DNA of 64,000 bases. Origin: Felis catus (Eukaryota). The stretch covers positions 161,760,001 through 161,824,000 of the forward strand of contig NC_058368.1 in NCBI RefSeq assembly GCF_018350175.1. Reading direction: 5' to 3'. The notes below the pieces were generated by a model. The model did not search any database. It had not been told where the DNA came from and saw only the letters and a list, made by a program, of their open reading frames with translations. Shown here piece by piece: positions 50,489 to 63,290 of the stretch. The translations under genes were made by a program, and so were the position numbers. The stretch's first letter is position 1; every line of letters begins with the position of its first letter.

Positions 50489-50920
50489 TTGAAGTATACT
50501 TGACATATGATGTTATACTAGTTTCAGGTGCACAACACAGTGATTTAACAGCTCTCTACATAATACAGTGCTCACCATGATAAGTCTAGTTATCATCTGT
50601 CACCATATGACATTATTATGCTATTATTGACTATGTTCTCTATGCTGTACTTTTCTTCCTTTTTTTATTATTTAAACTCAAGTAAGTTAACATACACTGT
50701 AGTATTGGTTTCAGGAGTAGAACCCACTTGTTCATCTCTTACATATGGCACCCGGTGCTCATCCCCTAAAACTGCCCTCCTTAATGCCCATCACCTATTT
50801 AATCAATTCTCCCCACCAGTCTCCGCTCCAGATACCCTCAGTTTTTATCCCCTTATTTATTTTATAACTAGATTATACCTCTTAATCCTATTCACTTATT
50901 TTACCTATCCCGCCCACCCC
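50484..50920 (-). mobile_element. L1_Carn-type 3' end with a second, younger L1 3' fragment (~50661-50841) nested inside
   Basis: First element ttttaattgaagtatacttgacatatgatgttatactagtttcaggtgcacaacac...; nested element starts with poly(T) then caagtaagttaacatacactgtagtattggtttcaggagtagaaccc; the host resumes at cttatttattttataactag. Confidence 0.75.
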
Positions 50921-50936
50921 CTTAGCATGTCTTTTA

Positions 50937-51171
50937 CCTCTTTTCAAAGTTTATTTATTTATTTTGAGAGAAAGAAAGAGAGAGAATGTGTGTATGCACA
51001 CATGCACATACACACATGTGCAAGCAGGGGAGGGGCAGAGAGATAACCCCAAGCAGGCTCTGCTCTGTCAGCACAGAACCTGACGTGGGGCTCGATCTCA
51101 CAAACCATGAGATCATGACATGATTGCAAATCAAGACTCTGATTTAACCAACTGAACCACCCAAACACCCC
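50937..51171 (-). mobile_element. Older Can-SINE with internal (TG/CA) insertion
   Basis: SINE body ending ...actgaaccacccaaacacccc; approximate TSD catgtctttta / catatcttta. Confidence 0.88.
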
Positions 51172-52370
51172 CATATCTTTATTAAAACATTACATGAGTG
51201 TACCCTATGCAACTTCATGAGTCTTTTCAATTGTCCAATTACTGAGGAAGTATTCCTTTCTCTTCTTGTATCTGAAGTAATTTGCATGGGATTGGTATTG
51301 TTTCCTGTAATTTACCAGGAAAGCCGTCTGAGCCTGAAGATTTCTCTGTAGGAAGGTTTTTATACTATGAATTAGTATTATTTTTAATAGACACGACACT
51401 CTTCTTGTTTTCTATTTATTCTTGTAATTGTTTTGGTACTTTGTACTTTGGTAATTTGTTTTTCAAGAAATTTTTAAATTTTGTGAAATTTGTTAGAATG
51501 AAATTGTTCACAGTATTTCTTTAAATTTAATGTTTGTAGAATCTATAGTGATGTCTCCTCATTCATTCATTATATTGTTAATTTATCTTGATTAATCTAG
51601 TTAGAAATTTATCAACTCTATAGCTTTTTTTAAAATCTATATTAGTCTCTTGCAATTTTCCCTTCTTTTTTGTTTATTTCATTTTTTTCCTGTTGAGTTC
51701 CTTATTATTTCCCTCTTGCTCTTCTTTGAGATGGGTGGTTGTATCACTGAATTGTGTCTATATGTAGATTCTTCAAGTTTCTCTTACTCATATCTACCCC
51801 ATTTCTAGTTCTCTCCCCTGCAACTTCCAGCTGCTTCACCTCTTCAAACTCTATAGTCTCTTCTTCTTCAACTCAGCAATAGTCACAAGCTTTACTTGGG
51901 ATTATCTTCCTTGCACCGTGGTCTAGAACTGTCTTCAAGCAGAAAGCTGGGTGACAAAGAGCTTCCTTCTTTCTTTTTACTAAGAGCTTCCTTCTATTAT
52001 TTTCTCTCTCTGATGTACAATGTCTGAAAATATTGTTTCTTATCTTTTATCTGTTTGTTGTTGCTCGCAAAGGAAGAAGAAATTAGCCTTAGTAAGCTCT
52101 GTAGCTGGAGATCACTCTAAATAATATTTGAGAAATCACAGAGATTGAATGTTGCTAAAAGAAAAGACAGGGAAAATGTCTGTACTTTATATATGAATTT
52201 TAGGTGTATCCCAGAAACTATACATTTCTTAGCTTTATTTTAAACCATATGCAAATATTTTATTATGGCATATTAACCTAATAGTACAGAAAAAGAAGAT
52301 GACTATTTCAGTAAGAATAAACCAGACAAAGTAATCCATTTAATTTTGCGCTGGGATTACTAGACTCGTT

Positions 52371-52396
52371 AGATAGATAGATAGATAGATAGATAG
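52371..52396. repeat. (AGAT)n microsatellite
   Basis: About 6.5 units read directly. Confidence 0.9.
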
Positions 52397-53280
52397 ACAT
52401 CATGCTTTGTTTGAGGGCATCAATAAACCATGCAGAATCGATGGCAGATTTATACTAGATTTACATCTTAAAGTAATAGTTGAAAACCGCCTGAAGGGGA
52501 AGCTGATGATTTTTTAAATGTTTGATTTTAAAACATCAGAACTCTTCCATGTTGTGTAGGCAAGCTAAATGGTCCTGGTGGAGTGAGGGTGATTTTGAGA
52601 GGTTTACATTTTCTGTTTTAAGTGAATGGACAGTTTCCTTTTACATTAGCAGTTTTTCTTCCTTTGGAATCTTCCTTTTGGGGGACAAGTTAAAAATGCT
52701 ATAAAAAATGAACTTTATCTTTTTGTTCATAAAGTATCACTCTTTATTTATATACAAAATATTCAGAACTCTAAGAGCTTCAGTGATAATAGGATATAAG
52801 AAAGAGTTATAAATTGAAGAAATACTCATACTGGCCATTTTCCAAACAGGTTCTGAGTTAAATAACTCTTGAACATTTAAGAGCTATAAATATTATCAAA
52901 CTTCTTTGGGTCCTCTGAAAACATGTTGGGAAAAAATGACACTTAGAACATGTGTTTTGCCCATGTACTTCTGGTTGAAAGTGTGAATGACAAAAAGGCA
53001 GTAGACGAATGGCCATAAATGAAGAGCAGTGAGATATATTTTAGGAATTACTTATGAAAGTACTCCATCTTAGGACATTGTGAAATCAGCAAAATGAGTG
53101 AACAAGTTTTTTAGCATGGCTTTGTAATATATGTGTATATACCTATATTTGGTATATATGTGATATTTATAATCTATATATGTATACACGTGGCATATGC
53201 AACCTTACTAAAAATAGATAATAAACAATTTAAAAAATCTGTACTTTTGGAGGTTTAAATAACAAAAGTTGCCATTTTTT

Positions 53281-53495
53281 TGAACAACTACTGTACTCAG
53301 GTACTGTAGTAGGCACTTCATAGACATTATCACTAATTGTCACAATAACCCTTCAAACTAGATGATACTGAACACTTTTATTTTTTATTATTATTATTTT
53401 CTTAATGAGTAACAAGTCACTTAGGTTGGACACCTTGCTCATGATAAAGCCAAGATTTGGATATAAATCTCTTGGGCTCTAGCTTGAATGTCTAC
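53281..53495 (-). mobile_element. MIR fragment
   Basis: caggtactgtagtaggcacttcatagacattatcactaattgtcacaataaccct resembles the reverse MIR consensus. Confidence 0.6.
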
Positions 53496-53659
53496 ACCAT
53501 TTTCCCTCCAAATGCCACAGATGTAACACAGGTTTGCATGAGTTTTGATTTTTTTTCCCCTAATTTTTCCACGTTTCCACAGTATGCTTCACAGAACCCT
53601 GGTGGCTGTCATTGGTGTCGAGGGATTTTCAATTCATAGTTTATTTGAATAAAGGAAAC

Positions 53660-53740
53660 TGTAACATAAATAATGCTTCTCTCAGAAGTTTTGTAACATA
53701 AATAATGTAGCATAAATAATGCTTCTCTCCGAAGTTTTGT
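53660..53740. repeat. Local tandem duplication (46-bp period, with an internal 14-bp sub-repeat)
   Basis: tgtaacataaataatgcttctctcagaagttt + tgtaacataaataa + tgtagcataaataatgcttctctccgaagttttgt. Confidence 0.85.
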
Positions 53741-55059
53741 GCCGCTTTTTAATTCTAGCATGGTTATGTTCCCGAGATTTTTATGAGAGCCCTTGGTTTG
53801 CTTTGAAACTATGCTTTTACATGTGACCAACTCAGTCATAGAAAACTCAGTTCATGCTCAATTTACTCTGTTGTATCACTTTCTGCTCCCTTTTATTAAA
53901 ATCATTGCAGTTTTCTTTAGTCTGCTAAATAAGCCTTATAACAATATTTTGAAAATTAATGAATTCTGAAGGTTATCATCCTGTCCTTAATATTTTCACT
54001 CCTTTCTCATTTTAAAATTATCATAGTAATATTGAATCTAAAGAACCAGAAATTAGGATCCTGAGGAATTAGACTGCTGTGGATCATTATTTCAAGTTTG
54101 ACCAACATTTTCCTGTCGTGAAAAGAGTGGATTCATTTCAAAAATAATATTTTTTTTTACAAAAATATTGACCTTGGAACTCTGATCTCTGGTCATTGTT
54201 TTTGAATTTTCTGGATTTAGATCAAACATACTTAGGTATCATTTCCAACCTATTGTCCATTATGATTGATACTAATGAAATTTATGGTGATGAAAACACA
54301 AACTTTAAGCCATCTAGAAACTGCTATCTATATTTTACATTTCAGTGTAATTTAGCGGATAAATGACTTTTGTGGTTATGCATAGGAATCTTTTTTCTGG
54401 AACTATACTTCGCTAAGAGTTCCTGTGGTTACTAATATAGCCATTGGTGGATTAAAAAACAGAGGTGATTTTTCTTTTCCAGCAATGATGGACCATGGCT
54501 GTAATGTTTAGCATTATTCCACATTATTCCTCCTGATAGTAACAAAATTCGTCTGTGTTTGGACTGGATATGATGATATTTATATTCCTTTCTAACCTGT
54601 TTTGGTATAGTACATTTTATAAATAGCTGCTTTGTTACCAATAAGTTATACCTTGTACAACAGGAGGTGAGGTCTCTTATAAACCCATCTCTGATTCTTT
54701 GTTGAAAACAAGTTTGTTTTGTTATTATTGTTTCAAACTGCTTTACAGGAATAATTCTTATACCTTCACAGTTATGCTCTACCTTTGCTTCAGGTTTCAT
54801 AAAGAAGTTCTTATTTAAATACGTACTAGTGAAAAGAACATTTTTAAATCAATTTGCAAATAAATTGGGAAATTTAGCATAAACATTATAGTTATATCAT
54901 GTCATTAAACCTATATTGGCTTTGTAGACTTTTCTTATTTTGACATAATTTTCAAAGAAGGATCAAATTAGATGTCTGTACTTTCTCTAAACAATAGCAA
55001 CAAAACAGTCTCCATAGCAATAGTTTTGTTATATGTTTATTATTATTTTTTTTAATTTC

Positions 55060-55277
55060 TAAATTCCAGGAATTGTGCTGAGGCCTTTATATACACATAA
55101 CTCATCTAAGTTGCACAAGTCTATTCTTATGCCTATAATTATTTTGCATTCAGAAGAGAATAATGGATATTATAGAACTTATGTTATTTACTGAAATTTA
55201 CAGAGGTGAAACAGAGAGCTAATAATCAATCTTGGAGGTATTTAACCCCAAAGTCTATGGTCTTAACCACTGGGTTA
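55060..55277 (-). mobile_element. MIR fragment
   Basis: ccaggaattgtgctgaggcctttatatacacataactcat...ccaaagtctatggtcttaaccact. Confidence 0.55.
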
Positions 55278-55703
55278 TAATACAATGATCACAACTAAGT
55301 ATCAGCAAATGCCTGGTGGCTGTCTTATAGTTATTTTAAATCCTGAAATTGAAATTAAGTAAATTAACTAAATGTTTAAGAGTATTTTCCTAACCATTTT
55401 TTAAATTTAATACCTTTATATATTGAAATATGATTACCACCATAGTGTTAACTAACATCTCCAACAACATCGCATAGTTACCATTATTATCCCAACCCAT
55501 TCTTTTAGCTAGAAATATTTAATTGTATTTTTGCTTAGCTTGCAATTGCTGTGCATTGGTTGGGTCTCATTTATGCAAATTATTTGAAAAATAATAAAAA
55601 TTAATATTTTCCTTATATGCATAGTTTAAAACATACATTAGTTACTTTAAAAAACTTTCATGATAATGGTTAATAATTTGATACAGCTTTAAAAAATCAT
55701 GAA

Positions 55704-55892
55704 GGGGCACCTGGGTGGCTCAGTCATTTGGGCATCCAACTTCGGCTTGGGTCATAATCTCGTAGTTAAGAGTTCCCATTTCAGGCTCTGTGCTGACAGC
55801 TCAGAGCTTGGTGCCTACTTCAGATTCTGTGTCTCCCTCTCTCTACCCCTTGCCCACTCACACTCTGTCTCTCAAAAATAAATAAGCGTTTA
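55704..55892 (+). mobile_element. Can-SINE
   Basis: 13-bp TSD aaaaaatcatgaa (55691-55703 / 55893-55905). Confidence 0.93.
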
Positions 55893-56279
55893 AAAAAATC
55901 ATGAAAATTTTCCGTGTCAATCTTGGATACAACTATCTATCTGTTCGAAACCTTTCAAACATTAGATATCAGGGAAATGTTAATATTTCCCTCAAAATTG
56001 TTTTGTATTTATAATATGCATAATTGTTCACTGAGTGTTCAAATATTTTTCTATCATAATAAGTTAATTAGCATATTGTTTCTCTTGCAATAACTACAAC
56101 CAATTCTGGTTAATTTAAGCAGAAAAAATAATTCCCTGAATGATCATAGGATTGTCCACACAATCAAATGGAGAATGAGAAAGTTAAATAAGTAGGCAGC
56201 AGAAACAATGGCTCTGGGATTTTGGAAGTTGGCCCAAGTGGGTGATACCTTTATGGTATTGTCAGAATGCTAAATTATT

Positions 56280-56493
56280 TTTTAGTTTTTTTTAATGTTT
56301 ATTTATTTTTGAGAGAGAGAGACAGAGCACAAGCAGGGGAGGGCAGAGAGAGAGGGAGACACAGAATCCGAAGTAGACTTCAGGCTCTGGGCTGTTAGCA
56401 CAGAGCCCTACGTGGGGCTCAAACCCACGGACAGTGAGATCATGACCTGAGCTGAAGTCGGATGCCTAGCTGACTGAGCCACCTAGGCATCCC
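56280..56493 (-). mobile_element. Can-SINE
   Basis: Full SINE body; degenerate TSD tcagaatgctaaattatt / tcacagtgttaaattatt. Confidence 0.93.
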
Positions 56494-58374
56494 ATCACAG
56501 TGTTAAATTATTGTCAAATATTTTAAAACTTTGTTCAAAACATAATTTCCAAGAAAAGAGTGATTGGTACTTTTGCATCAGGAACCTATCAGTTGGCCAT
56601 GAAAAGATATGTTGTATTTTGATTGTCAATGCCAACAAGCCTGTATATGCAGGGTTAGGATAATTCTCCAAAGGAAATCCAAGTTGTTATGATGGATATT
56701 ATGTAGAGAAATCAATAAATAGATATCCATTAGACTAGAATCACCAATAACTTCTTCTCATCACTAATTAAATAAGTAACCCCCATATTTAAAATATGAT
56801 TTCATCTAGTTCTAAAAACTTTTTTCTTGCAAGAATATATTTTGTTCCTTACATTTCCAATGGTAATTGCTATCAGCCATTTAGATTTAATGTATAACCC
56901 AAGATTCATAACTCTAGAATGGTTACATTCTTTTCTCTTTTTACTTGATTCATTTTCTCTGTAATGAGATCTTTTTGAATTATTTACATTTTAACGATAG
57001 TACTTTTTCAAGTATATTCCTAAGATTGGGTATATGAGTAACACAGTCTGAATTTTTTAGCTCAGATAGTTGAACAGTAGTTTGGCAGAGTATAGGATTG
57101 GGTGGCAATCTTATTTTCTTAGTAGTTTTGACCTGGTGTTGCTTTGTATTTTAGCCTCCAGTGCTGCAGATGAAAAATCTAATTTCAAGCTGTTTATTCT
57201 TCCTTTATAAATTACCTTTTCTTTCTGGGTATCTTTCTGGGTAAAATTTTCTTCATACCACTTGACTTTTCATGTTTTGTACCAATCATTTAAATGGACT
57301 CCAAAATTATATAGATTATACATGATCAAGTAGTCAAAAACTGAGACACATTCTAGAATAGAAAAAGAACTATTGTTACATTCCCAGATAACAACTATAG
57401 TAGTGCTGCAAAATGGAGAGGGTATTAAAACATTGTCTAATTATAACAAATTTGGATAAAGTTTATTATGTCTCCCAATTCCAATTGATTATTCCCTTTT
57501 AAAACTCTATTCAACTAACTGAAACTCAGCTTTTCCTCAAAAAGAAATAAGTGCTATATTTAAATATCTGAAGTGCACTAAAGAATTAGATGTCTTCTTC
57601 CTTTTTTTGTTTTTGTTTTTTTGTTTTTTTTTTGGCATATATTAAGATCATTTTCTCCCATGTTTCAGCATGCAACAAAAAGAACCTTGAACCAAACACA
57701 CAGTATATAAGCCAGTCTCAAATTCTCTTAATGTTATACAGACCTAATGTTTATTTTCAATTATTTCAATAAAGTAAATTGAACATCTAATTGGGTACCA
57801 GAATTGATGTTACACTTGTGTTTGCTGTTCTCTAGGACTAGGAAAGTCATCTGAGAAAATATATAACATATTGTGCTCAATAAGGACCATTCCAATTCAA
57901 CATTGCCATCCATTCCTGTATTCTCCTAGATTTCACTGGGTTTATAAAATTAACTATATTTCCCAAAGTCTTTTGAGTCTAGGGTTCTGATTCTTCGTAT
58001 AGTTTTTGCCAATGAGATTTATTGTTTTAGAGGTGGAAGTTGAAAGAAAGGTGAGACTGTTCCTGTGTCAGCTGGCACACAAGGTTGTATATAAAAGTTG
58101 AACAATGGCCAATTTCCATATTCCAGAGTATAGTCACCAGTTCCACAAGTGGGTGATAGTTGTGTCTGTAGTACTAATAGCACTAGCAGTTTCTCCCTGC
58201 TGGTTTACTACTGCATTGACATTAACACAAAATGCCCCTTACTTCTCTCTTATCCAGTGATATTAACTCTCAATTATTGTTACTAACTGGTTTGTATTGA
58301 AACACCTAAGATAGTTTCTGTTTCTTGAGCTTAATCCTGTAGGATATATATTGTATATATCACAGAAATAATGC

Positions 58375-58375
<1 letters not shown>

Positions 58376-58416
<41 letters not shown>
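58376..58416. repeat. (GT)n microsatellite
   Basis: About 20 units read directly. Confidence 0.92.
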
Positions 58417-58420
<4 letters not shown>

Positions 58421-58721
58421 TTGGCCAAACCTGGACTTATATCCTTGATTTACTACATACTTTCCATTTGAATTAGCTGAGCCTCAATCTTCTCAAACTT
58501 TAATGTTTATAACATGTTTATGAAACTATATTATTGTAAGGATAAAATAGTATATGTATGTATGTATGTAAATGTATATGAAATACCTGCACCAAATAAT
58601 AGCAGTAAGTAAATTGTGACAGACAAAAGGGGCACAGTCATCGCTGTGATATGAGAATTGAAAGTATAGAATCCTTTGATCAGTTTTTTTGTTTCCATAA
58701 AAATTATTTTTTGTTAGATAT

Positions 58722-58926
58722 TTTTTAAGTTTATTTATTTATTTTTGAGAGAGAGAGAGAGCACAAGCAGGGGAGGGGCATAAAGAGGGATTGAGAGAAT
58801 CCCAAGCAGGCTCTGCACTGTCAGCATAGAACCCGATGTGAGATTCAAACTCACGAACCATGAGATCATGACCTGAGTTGAAATCAAGAGTCAGATGCTT
58901 AACCAACTGAGCCACCCAGGTGCCTC
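58722..58926 (-). mobile_element. Can-SINE
   Basis: TSD approximately tattttttgttagatat on both sides (58705-58721 / ~58928-58945). Confidence 0.95.
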
Positions 58927-59107
58927 ATATTTTTTTGTTAGATATCTTATTCAATACTCTGGCACTCAGTAAATGGATGCATTGAAAAACAATAAAAAAA
59001 GCAGAACAGATATATGATTTTCATGAGTTCCAGGATATCATTATGACAGGTAATAAATAAACTAAATAGAGTAAGCAGGAAAATATTCTTAGATAAGTAA
59101 ATACAAT

Positions 59108-59113
<6 letters not shown>

Positions 59114-59151
<38 letters not shown>
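59114..59151. repeat. (TG)n microsatellite
   Basis: Direct reading. Confidence 0.9.
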
Positions 59152-59153
<2 letters not shown>

Positions 59154-60137
59154 CAAATGGCTTGTGTTTTTAGAAAATAAACCACATTCAACTTAGATGT
59201 AATAATTGGAATGAATATTCATTACATTCATGGAAATTAGGCTAGTTTTAGGAAAAGGCTTTCATTTTAGTAAGACCAAAGCTAATCAAGACAGAGGTAC
59301 TATTCTGAGTAAATGAAAGTAAATTAGTTTAAATAGTGACTTTTTTGGTAAATTTCCTGTTTGAAAAATTTCAAGATTTTGTCTTAACTTTAACAAATGT
59401 ATCCATTTTTATCCAATATTTCCTTCTATGTGTATAATTTATATTTTCCTTCACTTTGAAGAGTTTGAAAGAAAATTCATGAACTATAGTTCTTTGGAGT
59501 GATTTTACTATAAACATTGCACTTTACAAAAAAGATTTGTTTATTCTTTTAAACATTTGTGTTTTTTGAAGGACCAAATAAGTGAAAATAAGGTAACTTA
59601 AACATTCATTTGATGCCATTGAGAGAACATATTTTTCTAAATTACACTAAATGATTATTTTATGGTGATTTTGAACAATGCAATTTTTAAGAAATTAGGT
59701 TCTTTTATGATCCACTATAAGTATAATGGGAAAATAATGGAATAAGGGAGAATGTATAGTTTCAATCAATAGTTAATTTTAAGTGAACTTATCCCCCCAA
59801 TACAAACTTTTCATTATTGAGATTACCAATTTATGAGAGTTGTATACACTTAGAATTTGACTTATAATTCAGTTCACAGTTTATTGATATTTATATGATA
59901 TTTATATATAAAGTTTGAGGGTTTTTAGGTCTTTTAATTCTATTAAAATGCCAAACAGGCTTTTTTTTTAATTCGTGGTTGCACACAGATAATAAAGTGT
60001 CATGGCTTTCAAAACCTTTGATGTTAATCGCAATTTTCCATTTTTTAAATATTTGTAGCAGTTAAAATTTAATAATAAAAATTTTAGATTTTATCTATTG
60101 ATAGGTGTTTGTAATTAAAATATCATTTAACATTATT

Positions 60138-60168
60138 TTTTAATATTTTAAAATATTTATTTATTTAT

Positions 60169-60206
<38 letters not shown>

Positions 60207-60368
60207 ATGAATGGGGAAGAAGCAGAGAGGGGAGACACAGAATCTGAAGCAGGCTCCAGGCTCTGAGCTGTCAGCACAGAGACTCACACAGGGCTTGAAC
60301 CCATGAACCGTGAGATCATGACCTGAGCTGAAGTTGACACTTAACTGACTGAGCCACCAAGGTGCCCC
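60138..60368 (-). mobile_element. Can-SINE with expanded (GA)n
   Basis: 21-bp TSD with 2 mismatches, aaaatatcattt(a/g)a(c/t)attatt (60117-60137 / 60369-60389). Confidence 0.95.
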
Positions 60369-61089
60369 AAAATATCATTTGATATTATTATGATTTGAAA
60401 GATGAATGATGTAAACAAAATAAACACCTAAAATTTTAACTAATATTATATTATGGAAAAATCAGATGGTAGAGAATGTGCACATTTTCTGTAATGAGAA
60501 AAAAGACACTGAACCACAGGGCTCAGTTTGTGGGTATGTACAACACAAGCATGTGTGTATGCGTGTATGTGTATGAACAAACTGTTTCAATTTGACAGAA
60601 AACTTTAAAATAGATATTTGGTTTCTGTTAACGCAGCAACTGATTTAAGTTTGAATTATATTATTTTGGTAAATTAGCAGGTGCTTCTTATCACAATGAT
60701 GATGGTACTATGTTTACTGATGAAAGCTTGGCATGTTCACTTCAAAGGAGTCTACAAAAATAGGTACTACAGCACTATATCATCACAACATTTAATCACT
60801 TATAACCATTCATCTTTTACTTTATGAAGATCTTCAGTTCAAAGTGATCAATGTAGAAAACATAAAATAAAAAAAAAATAATAAATTGTTGGAAATAGCT
60901 CATATGAAAAGGGGATTGGAAACAACTTACAAAATTTTTTAACATAGCAGATGTTAGACATTGTAGGCTCTCTTGTCAGATGGTTTGGGTATTTATATCT
61001 GCTTTGTCAACTATGAGTTTCTTAAATATTATATCAATCACCTTCTGTGATTGTGTTTATACTGCCTTTCTTTGTCATTTTCATCTAAT

Positions 61090-61093
<4 letters not shown>

Positions 61094-61139
<46 letters not shown>
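61094..61139. repeat. (GA)n microsatellite
   Basis: About 23 units read directly. Confidence 0.92.
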
Positions 61140-61142
<3 letters not shown>

Positions 61143-62732
61143 GGCACATGCTATTTTTCCTACATGATCCTTGTATGAAGTTAAATAGAAATTGCTTTAG
61201 AGTAAGAAAAAATATTTCTCAAAATTTATTTTATGAGACAGTTAAGGTAGCTTCCCCAGACTATTGGCTTCAGAATTGTGACCTACATACATTTCTAGAG
61301 AGGTTGGCACCACATGGGTTTTGGTTAACAGGTTTCCATCTTGAGGTTTGTGGGAAGATGAACAAGTCAAGAATAAAAAAAGGAATAAGATGCTTTAAAG
61401 CAGGAAACCAGGGATGTGAAGAAACACACAGGCCACTAATTATCAAAAATAACAACTTTCTCTGAGCTGATCAAAATTTTATTAACAGATAGGACTTGAT
61501 AAAAATCATAAAAGTTCAGCCACTCTGTTAACACATTTTCCAGATTTGTTTTCCTGAACAAAACAGGAGGAGTAAGGTTTATTTTACATATCTTATTCCT
61601 GTCCTTGGTCAAGAGAGAAGGTGGTGGGGCAGGGGTAAACAGAGAATAAACAGAAAACTTCATAAGAACATCTCTCTTAGAACAAATACATTATGAGAAA
61701 ACTGTATAGATACCATAAGTTTTTGATATATGAAAATATTAGTTTCTTTTTCTCTAACATATTCTTTTTAAAGAAGAAACGTATCAAATAAGGAAAATAT
61801 TTCAAGATATTTATAGCTGGTTTTGTTGCACTTGGTAGTGTATACAATTTTTCTCTTTTTTATGAAAAATCCTTTCTAATAAAATGTTAAAATTAGCAAT
61901 ATTATGGAACTCAGGGGTTATTGAGTCTTCTCTGAATACTCTTGCTTTTATTTTATTCATTAAAAATCTAATTCAGTATTTTATAGTACATGTGTTTCAG
62001 TATGCGGCACAACTGCATGTTAATTGAGCTAATATCTGCTTTTATTCACTTTGTTTTCTTTCTTTGCTAAGAATCATTATTTTGGTCACAGCTTTGTTTG
62101 AGCTTCTTTCTGGTAGTTTAAAATGTGAACTCATATTAACTATGCACAATTGCAAGTGGGCATGTAAAGACGGTTTCACATTACTGTCAATGCCGTTAGA
62201 AACATCAGCTCTTAAGTACATAAAGTGTGGCTCCTACCTTTATAAAGGTGCATGTATTTTCAAGAAATAACATATCTATTGTTTGATTGCTCTTTTATTT
62301 AAATTGTGATCTTTACTTAATGAAAAATAATTCAAGCTTATTAAAAACAAAAATATACAAAGAAGAATATATTTGTATAATTTGTATAAGAATATACAAA
62401 TAATGAAAAAGAGAAAACTATGATCAATTTTAGGAAAAATTTGCTTATGACAAGAGAGATTGTTATATGGCTATTGTTTTGAAAGCTTTGCAAATTCATG
62501 AGACAACAAGGAAAAAAGCCTTTTTTTTATTTTGCTCAAATGTTTCAAACAGAGAAAATTTATAGAATGTCAACATAAAATTGACACAAAAAACATTAGT
62601 TGCATTCACTGGCTTAGTAGCATAGTATTACTGTAGGAAGGACAGAAAATAGATAATAAATTAAATAAGGTTCTTAATCATTATTTGTCCTAAAGAAGTG
62701 AATAGTAGGGGTGTAGAAAACACTTAAAGGAA

Positions 62733-63290
62733 TGTATAAGTCAGTTTCCAATAAAAATACACAAACCAATATAGGTATTTTAATTTAAGGGTATTTAATA
62801 CAGCAAATTGATTACATAGGTGATGGAGAAAATAAGAAGTCACACACACACACACACACACATACACACACACACACACACATGTTAAAACAACCCAGAG
62901 ATGAGCAATAGTAAGAAATAAATACTACTTTTAGGCTGAAGGGACACAGGGAGACTATGTTGTCACAAGTATCCAGAAGTCTGGGCTCAAAGGAGGTTGG
63001 AAATATAGTGGAAGAGGTTATCTAGTAAAGAAGCTTGGATCACACAAGGAGGTGTGTTATAGCAGTCATTGGAAACCACAAATGATAAGAAGCCACTGAT
63101 CCAAATAACAGAGAGAGAGGTAGGGGCATATGTAAGTCTGGTTTTCCTTTCTCTGACCTCTTATCAAGGTTCCCAATGGCCGAATCTAGTTATAAACCAT
63201 AAACCACTTGGGAAGAGAATCTGGTAAGTGGACAGTCTGAAGAATAAAGGAAGAGGGTGAAACTAAGGGAAGAAGGCAAATTGCTGTTAG
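62733..63290 (-). mobile_element. Ancient LTR (ERVL-like; subfamily uncertain) with internal (CA)n
   Basis: tgtataagtcag...aggtattttaa...atttaatacag..aattgattacataggtgatggaga...caacccagagatgagcaa...taggctgaagggaca is typical of old eutherian LTRs in reverse. Confidence 0.55.

Larger units (their letters stand above)
49500..51720 (-). mobile_element. Old L1M ORF2 debris hosting later insertions
   Basis: Degenerate ORF2-like segments (taatgctagcctcataaaatgag...ggaagtattcctttctctt; ctgagcctgaagatttctctgtaggaagg). Confidence 0.6.

Noticed and set aside
53660..53740. Repeat-spacer-like pattern resembling CRISPR
   Set aside because: Mammalian DNA, only 2-3 adjacent copies, no unique spacers and no cas genes; a simple tandem duplication.
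54432..54800. 122-aa minus-strand ORF in apparently unique DNA
   Set aside because: No recognisable homology, promoter or exon signals; length is within chance expectation for a 64-kb window. A BLASTP/PhyloCSF hit would reopen it.
60980..61465. 161-aa plus-strand ORF
   Set aside because: Extended by a (GA)n repeat (ERERE run); no recognisable protein features.
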